A DNA stretch of 64,000 nucleotides from Dehalococcoidia bacterium UBA5620. GTDB lineage: Bacteria; Chloroflexota; Dehalococcoidia; GIF9; UBA5629. The translations under genes and the position numbers were made by a program. The DNA lies in the NCBI GenBank assembly GCA_002423605.1, contig DIKK01000031.1:87847-151846 (forward strand), read 5' to 3'. Positions 9,214-18,849 of the stretch are shown one piece after another. Positions within the stretch are counted from its first letter, which is position 1; each line of letters starts with the position of its first letter. The notes below the pieces were generated by a model. It saw nothing but the letters and a program-made list of their open reading frames with translations. It ran no database searches and was not told the DNA's origin.

Positions 9214-10642
9214 GGCAAAGGTAAGGGTACGTTTCGCCCCCAGTCCCACTGGCTATCCCCATCTTGGCAATATCAGGACTGCCCTGTTTAACTGGCTTTT
9301 TGCTCGTCATAATGGTGGCACCTTTATCTTGCGCATCGAAGATACCGATGTGGCACGGACGGTGCAAGGCGCTACTGAAGCTATTATGGATGGCTTACGC
9401 TGGCTGGGGCTTGATTGGAATGAGGGGCCTTATTTTCAATCGCAACGGCTGGATAGCTACCGTAGGATGGCAGACCAGCTAGTGAGGGAAGATAAAGCCT
9501 ATCTATGCTATTGCTCTCCACAGCGGCTGGAAGGGATGCGCCAGGAACAGATGAAGAGGAAACAGCCGCCGGGGTATGACCGCCAGTGCAGGAATCTCAC
9601 ATCAAAGGAGAAGGCAGAGATGGAGGTACACTGCATCACGCCGGTGGTCCGTTTCAAATCTCCAACCGAAGGCCAGACCTCTTTCCATGATTTACTGCGG
9701 GGTAATATTGTCTTTGAGAATAGCACCTTGGATGACTTTATACTGCTCAAGTCTGATGGCTATCCCACCTATCATCTGGCCAACATCGTCGATGACCACT
9801 TGATGGAAATCACGCATGTGCTCAGGGCAGATGAGTGGCTCTCTAGCACGCCACGCCATGTGTTGCTTTACCAGGCACTGGGCTGGCAGCCGCCGCAGCT
9901 TGCCCACTTACCCATGATTTTGGGGCCGGATAAGGCCAAACTGAGCAAACGGCATGGCGCTGCGGCTATCACCGAATATCGAGACCAGGGTTACCTGCCC
10001 GAGGGGTTGTTCAATTTCCTGGCTTTGCTTGGTTGGTCACTGGATGATAAGACGGAGTTATTAAGCAAGCAGGAGATAGTGAAGCATTTTTCACTGGAGC
10101 GGATAAGCACCACGGCGGCGGTGTTTAACAGGGAAAAGCTGGACTGGATGAATGGGGTTTATATAAGGGGATTGAGCATGGAAGAATTTTGCAGACGCTC
10201 TTTGCCCTTCTTGGAAAAAGATTTGCCTACTGAAGTTAAGCGTCCTCTTGATGCTGATTACCTTCGCCGTATTATGCCTCTTGTTCAGGGCAGGGCAAAG
10301 ACCCTGGCTGAAGTGCCACAGCTTACAGAATTTTTCTTTGTGGACAACATGGAGTACGATGCCAGTTTACTCTCGGGCAAGTTAGGAAGGGAAGAAATGC
10401 TTAAAGCCTTGCAGATTTCGCTGGCTAAATTAGAGGCACTGTCGAATTGGAATACAGCTTCCCTGGAAAGTATCTTGCGACCTTTGGCTGAGGAGCTTGA
10501 ACTTAAGACAGGTGTCTTCTTCGGTTTGTTGCGTGTAGCTGTTACCGGCCGGACCGCGTCTCCGCCCTTGTTTGAGACCATGGAGGTTTTGGGCAAAGAA
10601 AGGTGCATGGCGCGGCTGAAGCTAGCTGTAGATAAGCTGTAA
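9185..10642 (+). CDS. gltX: glutamyl-tRNA synthetase
   Basis: 'VRFAPSPTGYPHLGNIRTALFNWLFAR', HIGH-type motif, 'KLSKRHG' (KMSKS). Overlaps the RDD gene by 29 nt. An alternative TTG start at 9206 is in frame. Confidence 0.9.
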   Translation: MPGLEPTLPEAKVRVRFAPSPTGYPHLGNIRTALFNWLFARHNGGTFILRIEDTDVARTVQGATEAIMDGLRWLGLDWNEGPYFQSQRLDSYRRMADQLVREDKAYLCYCSPQRLEGMRQEQMKRKQPPGYDRQCRNLTSKEKAEMEVHCITPVVRFKSPTEGQTSFHDLLRGNIVFENSTLDDFILLKSDGYPTYHLANIVDDHLMEITHVLRADEWLSSTPRHVLLYQALGWQPPQLAHLPMILGPDKAKLSKRHGAAAITEYRDQGYLPEGLFNFLALLGWSLDDKTELLSKQEIVKHFSLERISTTAAVFNREKLDWMNGVYIRGLSMEEFCRRSLPFLEKDLPTEVKRPLDADYLRRIMPLVQGRAKTLAEVPQLTEFFFVDNMEYDASLLSGKLGREEMLKALQISLAKLEALSNWNTASLESILRPLAEELELKTGVFFGLLRVAVTGRTASPPLFETMEVLGKERCMARLKLAVDKL

Positions 10643-10819
10643 TCTCGCGTTTGTAAAGTCTGGAAGTGTCATTCTGAGTCCACTGCATCCTGAGCGGAGG
10701 CGAAGGACATGGTAAGAATAATTTCACAATTCAGGCTCCGCTGCGCACAGGGTCTGTTTCCGAAGACACCGACTACAATTTTCCTCTCCCTTGGGTGGAG
10801 TTCAAGGGTACAAGCAACA

Positions 10820-11587
10820 TTAACTAAATAGAAGTGTTAAAATATCACCTTTGATTTTAGAAAATTCAGCAGTACCAATTACTGAGATAGGACGAGGTCT
10901 TCCTAAGGGCACTTTTATTTTGTGAGTGATACGTCCTGGAAGTTTACTCATAATGTAGACATTATCAGCCAAGACTAAAGCCTCTTCTACGTCGTGGGTT
11001 ACAAATATTATTGTAGGTTGTATCTGACTCCAAATGGAAAGCAAAAGCTGCTGCATAGTAATGCGTGACTGGGCATCCAAAGAAGCAAAAGGCTCGTCCA
11101 TTAAAAGCACTTTTGGCTCCAAGGCTAAAATACGTGCCAATGCGGTTCTTTGCTGCATACCCCCTGAAAGCTGATTAGGATAATACTTTTCAAAACCTTC
11201 TAAACCTACTAAGTGAATATGTTGCTGGCAAATAGTATCTATTTCCTTATCTTTATATTTTTTGAATCTAAGTCCATAGGCAATATTTCCTTTTACTGTA
11301 AGCCAAGGGAAGAGAACTGCCGACTGGAAAACCATACCTATTTGTGAAGTTGGCTTTGTGACTGGAGTGCCTTTAAAATACACTTCTCCTTTGTTAGGCT
11401 TCTCAAAACCTGCCAATATGTTGAGTAAAGTAGACTTGCCACAGCCACTGGGTCCCAGGATTGCTATAATTTCTCCTCTATCAAGCTGTAATGAAATTTT
11501 ATCTAATACCCTTAAACTTCCAATACCTTCGGGTAAAGGAAATATTTTATCTAAATCATTAATAATAAGTTCTTTATCTAAATTCAT
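10820..11587 (-). CDS. ABC transporter ATP-binding protein (NitT/TauT/SsuB-like)
   Basis: Walker A 'GPSGCGKST', signature 'LSGGMQQR', Walker B 'LLMDEPFASLD'. Confidence 0.85.
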   Translation of the reverse strand: MNLDKELIINDLDKIFPLPEGIGSLRVLDKISLQLDRGEIIAILGPSGCGKSTLLNILAGFEKPNKGEVYFKGTPVTKPTSQIGMVFQSAVLFPWLTVKGNIAYGLRFKKYKDKEIDTICQQHIHLVGLEGFEKYYPNQLSGGMQQRTALARILALEPKVLLMDEPFASLDAQSRITMQQLLLSIWSQIQPTIIFVTHDVEEALVLADNVYIMSKLPGRITHKIKVPLGRPRPISVIGTAEFSKIKGDILTLLFS

Positions 11588-11664
11588 TTTATCGCACTAG
11601 ACTACTACACCCCTAGAGCTGTACAGACAGGGTTGGGAGGCATCAGCATTATATGACTAACCGT

Positions 11665-12540
11665 TCAGGATCTTGCCGGTGTTCCTAACCTGAGGTATCC
11701 GGTATCAGAGGTACCACCCGCACCTTCTTTCGAAGGATAAATTAGATTACATATTTTAACAAGTATTATATCTGTGATTCTTCCTAATATAGCTATGAAA
11801 ACCATTGCAGTAATAATCATTTCGACATGGCCTAACATACGTGAGTCCATCATTACAGCGCCTAAGCCTTTTGTAACACCTGTAAGTTCACCCAATACTA
11901 AGTAAGCCCAACTAATACCAAGCCCAAGTCTTAATCCAACTATAATAGAAGGGAAGGTTGCCGGTAGTATTATGGTAGAAAATAAGGTAATTTTGTTGGC
12001 TCCTAGCATTCTACCGGCTCGTAGAAATAAAGGAGATACTTGGGAGGCGCTGAAAGCTGTATTGGTATAGATTGGGAAAAAGGCAGCCAATGTAATTAGA
12101 AATAGAGTGGTCTCTTCACCAACCCCAAACCAAACGATAGCAAGTGGAAGCCAGCCTATACCAGGAATAGCCCTAATCGCATGGATGAAAGGATCAGAAA
12201 GTCTTCTTATAAAATATATCCTTCCACTCAGAAATCCGAGTGCAAGCCCTAAAAAGGTTGCAAGTCCAAACCCACAGAGCACTCTAATAATACTTGCTGT
12301 CAGGTTTTCAAATAATTTTCCTGAGTATGGAGTAAGGTTCCATATACCAAAAGCAAAATCAATAATTATCTGGCCTAGTTTTAATGGATTTGGCAGAATA
12401 TATGATGGTATTCGGCCATGGAGTGTGACAAAACACCAGATTACAATAAGAGTTAAAGGGATTATAAATCCTACTAAATCTACATTTACCCTCTTTTTAC
12501 TTAAAATATTGGTCTTTAATTTGCAAAGGAAACGCCTCAT
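11665..12540 (-). CDS. ABC transporter permease (SsuC/TauC-like)
   Basis: Multi-TM protein with the binding-protein-dependent transport signature region. Overlaps the SBP gene by 4 nt. Confidence 0.8.
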   Translation of the reverse strand: MRRFLCKLKTNILSKKRVNVDLVGFIIPLTLIVIWCFVTLHGRIPSYILPNPLKLGQIIIDFAFGIWNLTPYSGKLFENLTASIIRVLCGFGLATFLGLALGFLSGRIYFIRRLSDPFIHAIRAIPGIGWLPLAIVWFGVGEETTLFLITLAAFFPIYTNTAFSASQVSPLFLRAGRMLGANKITLFSTIILPATFPSIIVGLRLGLGISWAYLVLGELTGVTKGLGAVMMDSRMLGHVEMIITAMVFIAILGRITDIILVKICNLIYPSKEGAGGTSDTGYLRLGTPARS

Positions 12541-13505
12541 TTCATTAATTCTTCTTGCGCATGTTTTACAAAAGTACAGTCGAATAGAGCATCGATATCA
12601 GGAATCTGAGAAATGATACCCAGTGCTTTCATTCGGTCTGCTAAATTCTTGGTATTATTGATATAATTCTCATTGATATCCCAGGACAAGTCTATATTTT
12701 TTGCAGATACATCAAGTACTTTCTTATCAGTTCCAAACTCTGCAGCCTTACTGATCCAATCGTTTTGATTCATTTTTAAATATTCTGTGGCTTTGGCATG
12801 GGCTATAACAAGGTCTTGAATTAACTTTGGATTATTTTTAATCTTGTCCCTACTAGTAATCATAGCACCATTTATAGTTCCAATGTTATCATCATAGTAA
12901 GGGTAGGTAAGGATTCTCCCATAACCTTCGGCTATAGCAATAGACGGATATGGTTCTCCGCTGCAAAAGGCATCTACAGTGCCTTGTGATAAGGCTTGTC
13001 CCATATCAAAAAAGTCAATCCTTTTAAGTTCAACATCCTTTTGTGGGTCTAATCCATTTCGCTTTAATACCTCGAGTAAAAGTGCATGATGCATGGATCC
13101 TGGTACGTAAGCAATTTTCTTACCCTTTAAATCTGTTTCTCTTTTTATGTTTGAATCATTACGTACAACTAAAGCAGAGCATTTATTGCAAAGACCACTT
13201 ACTATTACTACCGGCTCTCCGTTAGAAGCTGCAGCTATAGCAGTTACTACTGTGGTACCACACATATCAAGGCTTCCTGCTAACAAAGCAGTTTTCTGAT
13301 CGCCTGGGTTTGTAAAAGGTAAAACCTCGATATTATATGAATTATTTATAAACTTTTGGTAGAAAAATGGTTGTATAGTTTGAGCGGTTTTCCATGTGCC
13401 TACTTTTACTTGGACGTTTTGCGGACACTCCTCCTTACTACATCCTGAGAGAATAAATATGCCGATAATACTAATTAATAATATTGGTAGTACTAATTTT
13501 TTCAT
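12537..13505 (-). CDS. ABC transporter substrate-binding lipoprotein, NMT1/THI5/SsuA-like
   Basis: Lipobox 'ILSGCS'. NMT1/SsuA-type fold implied by length and composition. Confidence 0.7.
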   Translation of the reverse strand: MKKLVLPILLISIIGIFILSGCSKEECPQNVQVKVGTWKTAQTIQPFFYQKFINNSYNIEVLPFTNPGDQKTALLAGSLDMCGTTVVTAIAAASNGEPVVIVSGLCNKCSALVVRNDSNIKRETDLKGKKIAYVPGSMHHALLLEVLKRNGLDPQKDVELKRIDFFDMGQALSQGTVDAFCSGEPYPSIAIAEGYGRILTYPYYDDNIGTINGAMITSRDKIKNNPKLIQDLVIAHAKATEYLKMNQNDWISKAAEFGTDKKVLDVSAKNIDLSWDINENYINNTKNLADRMKALGIISQIPDIDALFDCTFVKHAQEELMK

Positions 13506-13507
13506 TT

Positions 13508-14503
13508 TTATCCCACCTTTGAAAATACTTTATAGCCACTAGAATTAAACCAGATTTTTGCAGTATTTGTATCAAATCCTCTCCACTCACCTTCTGAATT
13601 GGAATAAGTATCTCTCGGTAATGCACCTGTTTCTACCGCTACTACGTTAGCGCCCCATTTCAGGGCGATTTCTGACGCTGGATGTAAACAAATATCCGGT
13701 GCGTTATATCCAGCAGCAAGACGAGTCACGGCAGTAATTTGTGCAAGTCTTTTACTAGATAGAGCAGGTAGGTTACCGAGTGGTGTGCCAGGGACTGGAA
13801 CTCTTGCCATGGCTCCTGTAGCTACTGAGTCATATTTCATAGCGGTCAAAAAAATATCTGCAATTTCTTCGTTAGAGTGTTCGCATCCAATAGGTTCCAC
13901 AAAAAAAGCTAATTTGAGGGGGGAGTTTTTTACGGATTCTAGCGTTGATAGTCTATCTTTTGCTGAAAATCTTGTATTTTCCCCTTCACGGAGTCTTAGA
14001 GAATGATAAACATAGGTTACACCTGCTTTAGCTAATTTTTTTGCCATTTCTTCATCGAATTCACCTATATTCACACCAAGCTCATATTCTCCCGGTACAG
14101 TATTACGAATTTTTTCGGCCGATTTAGAAAGTTTCTCGAGGCTATAGAATTGAGTTGTACGAAGGAAAATCCATCTAGCACCTTCATTTACATATTTATG
14201 GGCGAGTTTTATTATTTCATTACCACTAATTTCACTTTCATCTTTGACTATACCCCATTTTTCACCGAATGAGCAGAAATCACAATTCATAGAACAACTT
14301 TTATGATCTAGCCCTATAGTTGCCCAAATGTATGCCCTATCTTTACAAATAATTGATGCTGCTTCTCTTGCTGTTCGGCCCAAAAATTCACAATCTTCAG
14401 AAGCAGGGTCAATCTTTAATAAAGAGATAATGCTTTCTCTATCTAGGAGTTTACCCGAAAGGGCAATTTGTTTTGCTTTCTTAATCAATTCTAAATTATT
14501 CAA
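13508..14503 (-). CDS. radical SAM protein (BioB/ThiH/MqnE-like fold), first gene of the ABC operon
   Basis: Single 'CSMNCDFCS' (CX3CX2C) about 70 aa from the N-terminus. 331 aa. Ends 2 nt before the SBP gene. Confidence 0.6.
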   Translation of the reverse strand: MNNLELIKKAKQIALSGKLLDRESIISLLKIDPASEDCEFLGRTAREAASIICKDRAYIWATIGLDHKSCSMNCDFCSFGEKWGIVKDESEISGNEIIKLAHKYVNEGARWIFLRTTQFYSLEKLSKSAEKIRNTVPGEYELGVNIGEFDEEMAKKLAKAGVTYVYHSLRLREGENTRFSAKDRLSTLESVKNSPLKLAFFVEPIGCEHSNEEIADIFLTAMKYDSVATGAMARVPVPGTPLGNLPALSSKRLAQITAVTRLAAGYNAPDICLHPASEIALKWGANVVAVETGALPRDTYSNSEGEWRGFDTNTAKIWFNSSGYKVFSKVG

Positions 14504-15308
14504 AATAACTCCCTCCCTTAGTTCGGAGATGACCTTCCTTGAGACTGCTCTAACTGGCGTAGAGAATGATCAGACTGATATGCCCACTTAGCAGATGTAA
14601 GCCCAGTGCCCCTGCGATATCATGGTCGAAGCAGACCATGCAGATGCCCATATTGCCGGATTGCCCATTCTGACCAGCAAAGGTGCCAGGACACCAACGA
14701 TAGCGCCGGTGAGGATAGGTCCCCAGCGGGATGTAAGAAACCTTGAAACAGATGACATTTAAACTCTTTTCGTTATTTGTTATGCCCTGCCCCGGGAAAA
14801 TAACGAAAGGAGACTCGGGGCGCGTCAGCCGAGCATAATCATAGGAGCAACGTTACTTTCCCATGTAGCAGAATGTGATGGATGCAACACGCGCATCATG
14901 CCTGAATAGGCTCAGATTCTGCGGTTGAGAACAACCATAACGTTACCCCCTTTCTTTTTTCGCTTGGCCGATTCGGCTAGCCATGATTGTATAATGGACG
15001 ATCTCCCATTAGCAACCCTCTGTGCTTGTTTGCATGATTGGTGACAGTTTACCTTGTAGATATCATGTCATGCGCTTTAAAGTGCTTTACATAACATTTG
15101 GCAGAGTTGCCTTATAATCAAGTGTATTCAACTATACTAGACCCCCCTCATGTTGTACATATGTTCCTCTGGTTTCCTGATGGCATAAGGACGATTCCCT
15201 TGTCTTTGTACTGTAGTGACCTGTTTTTATCTACAACTCATGGGAACAAGCGCGATTGCACAATCGGGGGCTATCGCAATAAGTATCGCTAAGTGAAAAT
15301 ATTTTGGT

Positions 15309-15356
15309 TTGACCTAAAGTCTCTACCTGTGGTATTATATGCGTGGTTGCGCATAT
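15309..15356 (+). promoter_or_regulatory. predicted sigma70-type promoter (TTGACC-18-TATTAT) with an overlapping palindrome ATATGCG-N6-CGCATAT (candidate ArsR operator)
   Basis: Read directly from the sequence upstream of arsR. Confidence 0.35.
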
Positions 15357-15374
15357 AGTGATATGGAGATATAA

Positions 15375-15734
15375 ATGAGAGAGGTAGTTAAGGCGTTCAA
15401 GGCGTTGTCGGATGAGACCAGGCTGAGGATATTGAACCTGCTTATGGAGCGGGAGTGCTGCGTCTGTGAGGTGATGCAGGTGCTGGATATCTCCCAGACA
15501 CGTGCATCCCGAAACCTGACCATCCTCTATGATGCTGGATTACTGAAGTTGAGACGAGCCGGACTGTGGGCGCTGTACTCCATAGACAAGGATAATCTGA
15601 AGGCCTACCAGGTGGGCATGCTCGATGCAACAAGACAGGCGCTGGAAGGCAACGACATAGCTTTACAAGACAGAGAGCGGCTGAAGTATGCCCAGAGACT
15701 ATTGCCCGATATTATTTGCGGGTGTAAATCATGA
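15375..15734 (+). CDS. arsR: ArsR/SmtB-family metalloregulator
   Basis: 'ETRLRILNLLMERECCVCEVMQVLDISQTRASRNLTIL'. ATGA overlap with the next gene. Confidence 0.8.
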   Translation: MREVVKAFKALSDETRLRILNLLMERECCVCEVMQVLDISQTRASRNLTILYDAGLLKLRRAGLWALYSIDKDNLKAYQVGMLDATRQALEGNDIALQDRERLKYAQRLLPDIICGCKS

Positions 15735-16819
15735 ACGAGGTCAAGACCTGCAGTTGTGATACCGGCTCTGCCACGGCGCTGGCAGTAGGCAACTACAAAA
15801 ATAGAACCAGGCTACTTGTCCTGCTGGGCATCGGCCTGGCACTATGGATAGTCATCTACTACTGGCTGCAACCGGCCGCTGACTTCCTGACATACAACGT
15901 CTTCAAACTATCAGCTTCCAGTCGCCTAGGCAGTAGCGTCGCTTTCTTTATCTACGACGCACCCAAGGTGATACTGTTGCTGTTACTCATCATTTTTGCC
16001 GTGGGCGTCATTAGGTCTTTCTTCACCCCTGAAAGGACCCGGCAGATGTTAGCTGGGAAACGCGAGTTTATGGGAAATGTCATTGCTGGCGGGCTGGGGG
16101 TTGTCACCCCGTTCTGCTCCTGCTCTGCCGTCCCGCTTTTTATCGGCTTTATGGAAACCGGTATCCCGGTGGGCGTTACCTTATCCTTTCTCATCGCTTC
16201 CCCTATGATAAACGAGGTGGCGCTGGTTCTGCTCTACGGCATGTTTGATTGGGAAATCGCCTTGATTTATCTGGTAACGGGGCTGGCTATTGCCATCACT
16301 GCCGGCTGGGTAATAGGCAAGCTGAAGATAGAGAAATACATAGAAAGCTGGGTATTAGATGTTAAGATGTCTCAGGCTGCGACAACTGAGGAGTCGGGCA
16401 TGGCCTTCACAGACCGAATCTACTACGGTCTCAATGCCGTACGCGAGATAGTGGGTAAAGTCTGGCCATTTGTCTTGGCTGGTATTGCCGTGGGCGCTGT
16501 AATCCATGGCTATGTCCCCGAAGGTCTGCTGGCTTCATTCATGGGCAAAGATACCTGGTGGAGTGTACCTGCAGCAGTGGTAATCGGTATACCGATGTAC
16601 TCCAATGCCGCCGGTGTGATACCTGTAGTGCAAGCCCTGATGGAAAAAGGGGCAGCGTTAGGAACAGCGCTGGCTTTCATGATGGCTGTGGTGGGACTTT
16701 CCCTGCCTGAGACCATCATCCTACGCCGTGTACTCAAGTGGCAGTTGATCGGTGTCTTTATTGGAGTGGTGGCTATAGGCATCATCATCATCGGTTATCT
16801 ATTCAACCTGCTTATGTAA
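15731..16819 (+). CDS. arsP: ArsP-like organoarsenical efflux permease (COG0701 permease)
   Basis: Multi-TM with the 'TPFCSCSAVP' motif characteristic of ArsP. Confidence 0.65.
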   Translation: MNEVKTCSCDTGSATALAVGNYKNRTRLLVLLGIGLALWIVIYYWLQPAADFLTYNVFKLSASSRLGSSVAFFIYDAPKVILLLLLIIFAVGVIRSFFTPERTRQMLAGKREFMGNVIAGGLGVVTPFCSCSAVPLFIGFMETGIPVGVTLSFLIASPMINEVALVLLYGMFDWEIALIYLVTGLAIAITAGWVIGKLKIEKYIESWVLDVKMSQAATTEESGMAFTDRIYYGLNAVREIVGKVWPFVLAGIAVGAVIHGYVPEGLLASFMGKDTWWSVPAAVVIGIPMYSNAAGVIPVVQALMEKGAALGTALAFMMAVVGLSLPETIILRRVLKWQLIGVFIGVVAIGIIIIGYLFNLLM

Positions 16820-16830
16820 GGAGGTCTTTA

Positions 16831-17088
16831 ATGAACATCAAGATATTGGGCACAGGTTGTGCCAAGTGCCATAGTTTGGAGAAGACGGTAAAAGAGGTAG
16901 TAAGCAACCTCAAGCTCGACGCTCAAGTTGAGGCAGTCAACGACATGAAGGAGATATTAACATATAACATTCTGACTACCCCGGGGTTGGTCATCAACGA
17001 GAAGGTAGTCCTTTCTGGCCATGTGCCCAACAAGAGAGAAGTGGAACGTATTCTCATGAATGCTCAGTCCAGCGAAGATAAATGCTAA
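16831..17088 (+). CDS. thioredoxin-fold small redox protein (redox-active disulfide protein 2 / TM0979-like)
   Basis: 85 aa, 'KILGTGCAKCHSLE...TPGLVINEKVVLSGHVP'. AAGGAGG RBS. The ORF-track entry 16738-17088 has a spurious upstream extension. Confidence 0.65.
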   Translation: MNIKILGTGCAKCHSLEKTVKEVVSNLKLDAQVEAVNDMKEILTYNILTTPGLVINEKVVLSGHVPNKREVERILMNAQSSEDKC

Positions 17089-17120
17089 TAACTCATTTTC
17101 TGGAGGTTAAAGGAAAAGAA

Positions 17121-17621
17121 ATGATTATAAGAACCAAAGGTTACCTGCTTTTAATCTTGGTGCTATTAGCGGTAGTGGTGGCAGCCTGTAGCTCCTCTGC
17201 TACAACGCTAACTCAATTGTCCCCTACGGCAACAAATCCGCCGACTACGACGACCCCTTCGCCTGCACAGACATCGGATCTACCAGACAGGGTAGATATG
17301 GTGTATTTCCAGCGCAGCAACCCCTGTCACTGCATGGCAGTGATTGGAGAAAACATCCAATTGGTCGTGCTTAAAGAATTTCAAGATGAAGTGACCACAG
17401 GAAAACTGACTTTCAAGATGTTGGCCTCGGACGACGAAGCTAATATTGACATGGTCAAAAAATACGACACGCCGCCATTTGGTCTCTTCCTCACCATCGT
17501 AAAGGGCAAGACTGAGAAGGTCGTGCCCGTGGAAGAAATCTGGGGAATGACGGGAGACGAGGCCAAATATAAAGAATATGTAAAAAACACTATAGCGAAG
17601 AGCCTAAATGGAGAAATATAG
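17121..17621 (+). CDS. lipoprotein with an 'NPCHC' motif, hypothetical (possibly an extracytoplasmic thiol protein)
   Basis: Signal peptide plus 'VVAACSSS' lipobox. GGAGG RBS before ATG 17121. Confidence 0.4.
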   Translation: MIIRTKGYLLLILVLLAVVVAACSSSATTLTQLSPTATNPPTTTTPSPAQTSDLPDRVDMVYFQRSNPCHCMAVIGENIQLVVLKEFQDEVTTGKLTFKMLASDDEANIDMVKKYDTPPFGLFLTIVKGKTEKVVPVEEIWGMTGDEAKYKEYVKNTIAKSLNGEI

Positions 17622-18320
17622 GTGGACTTGCTCGGATTCGCCACTAGCCTGAACATACCGGTTATCTCGGCGTTTCTCATCGGGCTAATGGCTGCAATTG
17701 GCCCCTGCACCATGACCACCAACATCGCTGCTATAGCCTATATCAGCCGCAGGGTTGCCGACCGCAGATATGCCGTTACCACCGGAGCACTCTATACGCT
17801 GGGGCGCATGCTCACATACTCCGTTATCGGTATGCTCATCATCCTGGCCGGACTCAAGACTCCTGGCATCTCCACATTTGTCCAGGACATCGGCGAAAAA
17901 GCGCTAGGGCCATTCTTAATATTCGTGGGGGCAGTGTTGCTGTTCGTAGACAGATTCAGCTTCGGTGGAGGCAACAGGTTATCACAGATGGGTGGCAAGG
18001 TAACTGACTGGGGGATTATCGGCGGTTTCCCGCTGGGGGCTATCTTCGCCCTAGCTTTTTGTCCGGTGAGCGCTACCCTGTTCTTCATGGTGTTGATACC
18101 GCTGGCGCTCAAGTCAACCGGCGGCATTACTCTGCCAGCGTTCTTCGCCATAGGCACCGGCCTACCTGTTTTGCTATTCGGCACATTGCTCTCTTTCGGC
18201 GTGGCTGGAGTTACCGGATGGCTTAACACTATTACCCGCGTCGAGAAATATATCCGCATCGCCATGGCAATCGTATTCATAGCTGTGGGGATCTACTATG
18301 TGGTGCAATGGCTCAGCTAG
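17622..18320 (+). CDS. integral membrane protein, DsbD/CcdA-like (DsbD_2 family) candidate
   Basis: About 6 TM segments. Cys residues sit in TM1 ('AIGPCTMT') and TM4 ('LAFCPVSA'), as in CcdA-type thiol-disulfide transporters. Confidence 0.4.
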   Translation: MDLLGFATSLNIPVISAFLIGLMAAIGPCTMTTNIAAIAYISRRVADRRYAVTTGALYTLGRMLTYSVIGMLIILAGLKTPGISTFVQDIGEKALGPFLIFVGAVLLFVDRFSFGGGNRLSQMGGKVTDWGIIGGFPLGAIFALAFCPVSATLFFMVLIPLALKSTGGITLPAFFAIGTGLPVLLFGTLLSFGVAGVTGWLNTITRVEKYIRIAMAIVFIAVGIYYVVQWLS

Positions 18321-18409
18321 TAAGATACCTCAGCACTCACCGTCACCGTTTATACGTTTGGACTGCCAACATAACAAATTAAGGAAAAGAAAAGGGGGTG
18401 GAAATCAAG

Positions 18410-18849
18410 ATGGCAGAAGAACAGCAATTTCAGGCAGGAGTAAATACCCACGCGAACGTAATCTTTTCCTGTTAAGGCGGAGCGTCCAACACCGGCATCA
18501 CGAGCGCCCTTGCCTGTCTGGAAGCAGTGAAAGAACTGGGATTGAAAAAGGTGGCTATTATGTGTATGGGTGGATTGCCGACCAACGTGAAGCCGGTCTT
18601 AGGCAAGACCCAGGCAGCGAGATTGTTACCGTGGACGGCTGTCCTTTTGAGTGCAGTCGAAAAATTGTAGAGCAGTCCGGATTCAAGCCGACCAGCATCG
18701 TGCTCACCCGGAATATAGGCATGAAAAAGAAGGGCCTCAGTGAGGACATTGGCAAAGAAACTAAGGGTGTGATGACGTACATCTCCGATGACGATGTGAA
18801 AAGGGCAAAAGAGCTTATCGTAAAGACAATACAGCAGGAATGTGAATGA
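18410..18849 (+). pseudogene. DGC-domain protein gene disrupted by an in-frame TAA (18473-18475) and a -1 frameshift near 18617-18619
   Basis: Frame 2 gives 'MAEEQQFQAGVNTHANVIFSC*GGASNTGITSALACLEAVKELGLKKVAIMCMGGLPTNVKPVLGKTQAA'. Frame 1 then continues '...SEIVTVDGCPFECSRKIVEQSGF...'. Together these reconstruct a typical DGC-domain protein. Confidence 0.5.

Noticed and set aside
16738-16830. Upstream extension of the thioredoxin-like ORF (track start 16738)
   Set aside because: The extension overlaps the arsP 3' end and lacks an RBS. ATG 16831 with AAGGAGG is the credible start.
18298-18849. Track ORF 18298-18849 (183 aa) read as one protein
   Set aside because: The N-terminal 100 aa are a Cys/Arg-rich read-through of the other frame. 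The real coding signal is the DGC-domain gene split over two frames (see pseudogene 18410-18849).
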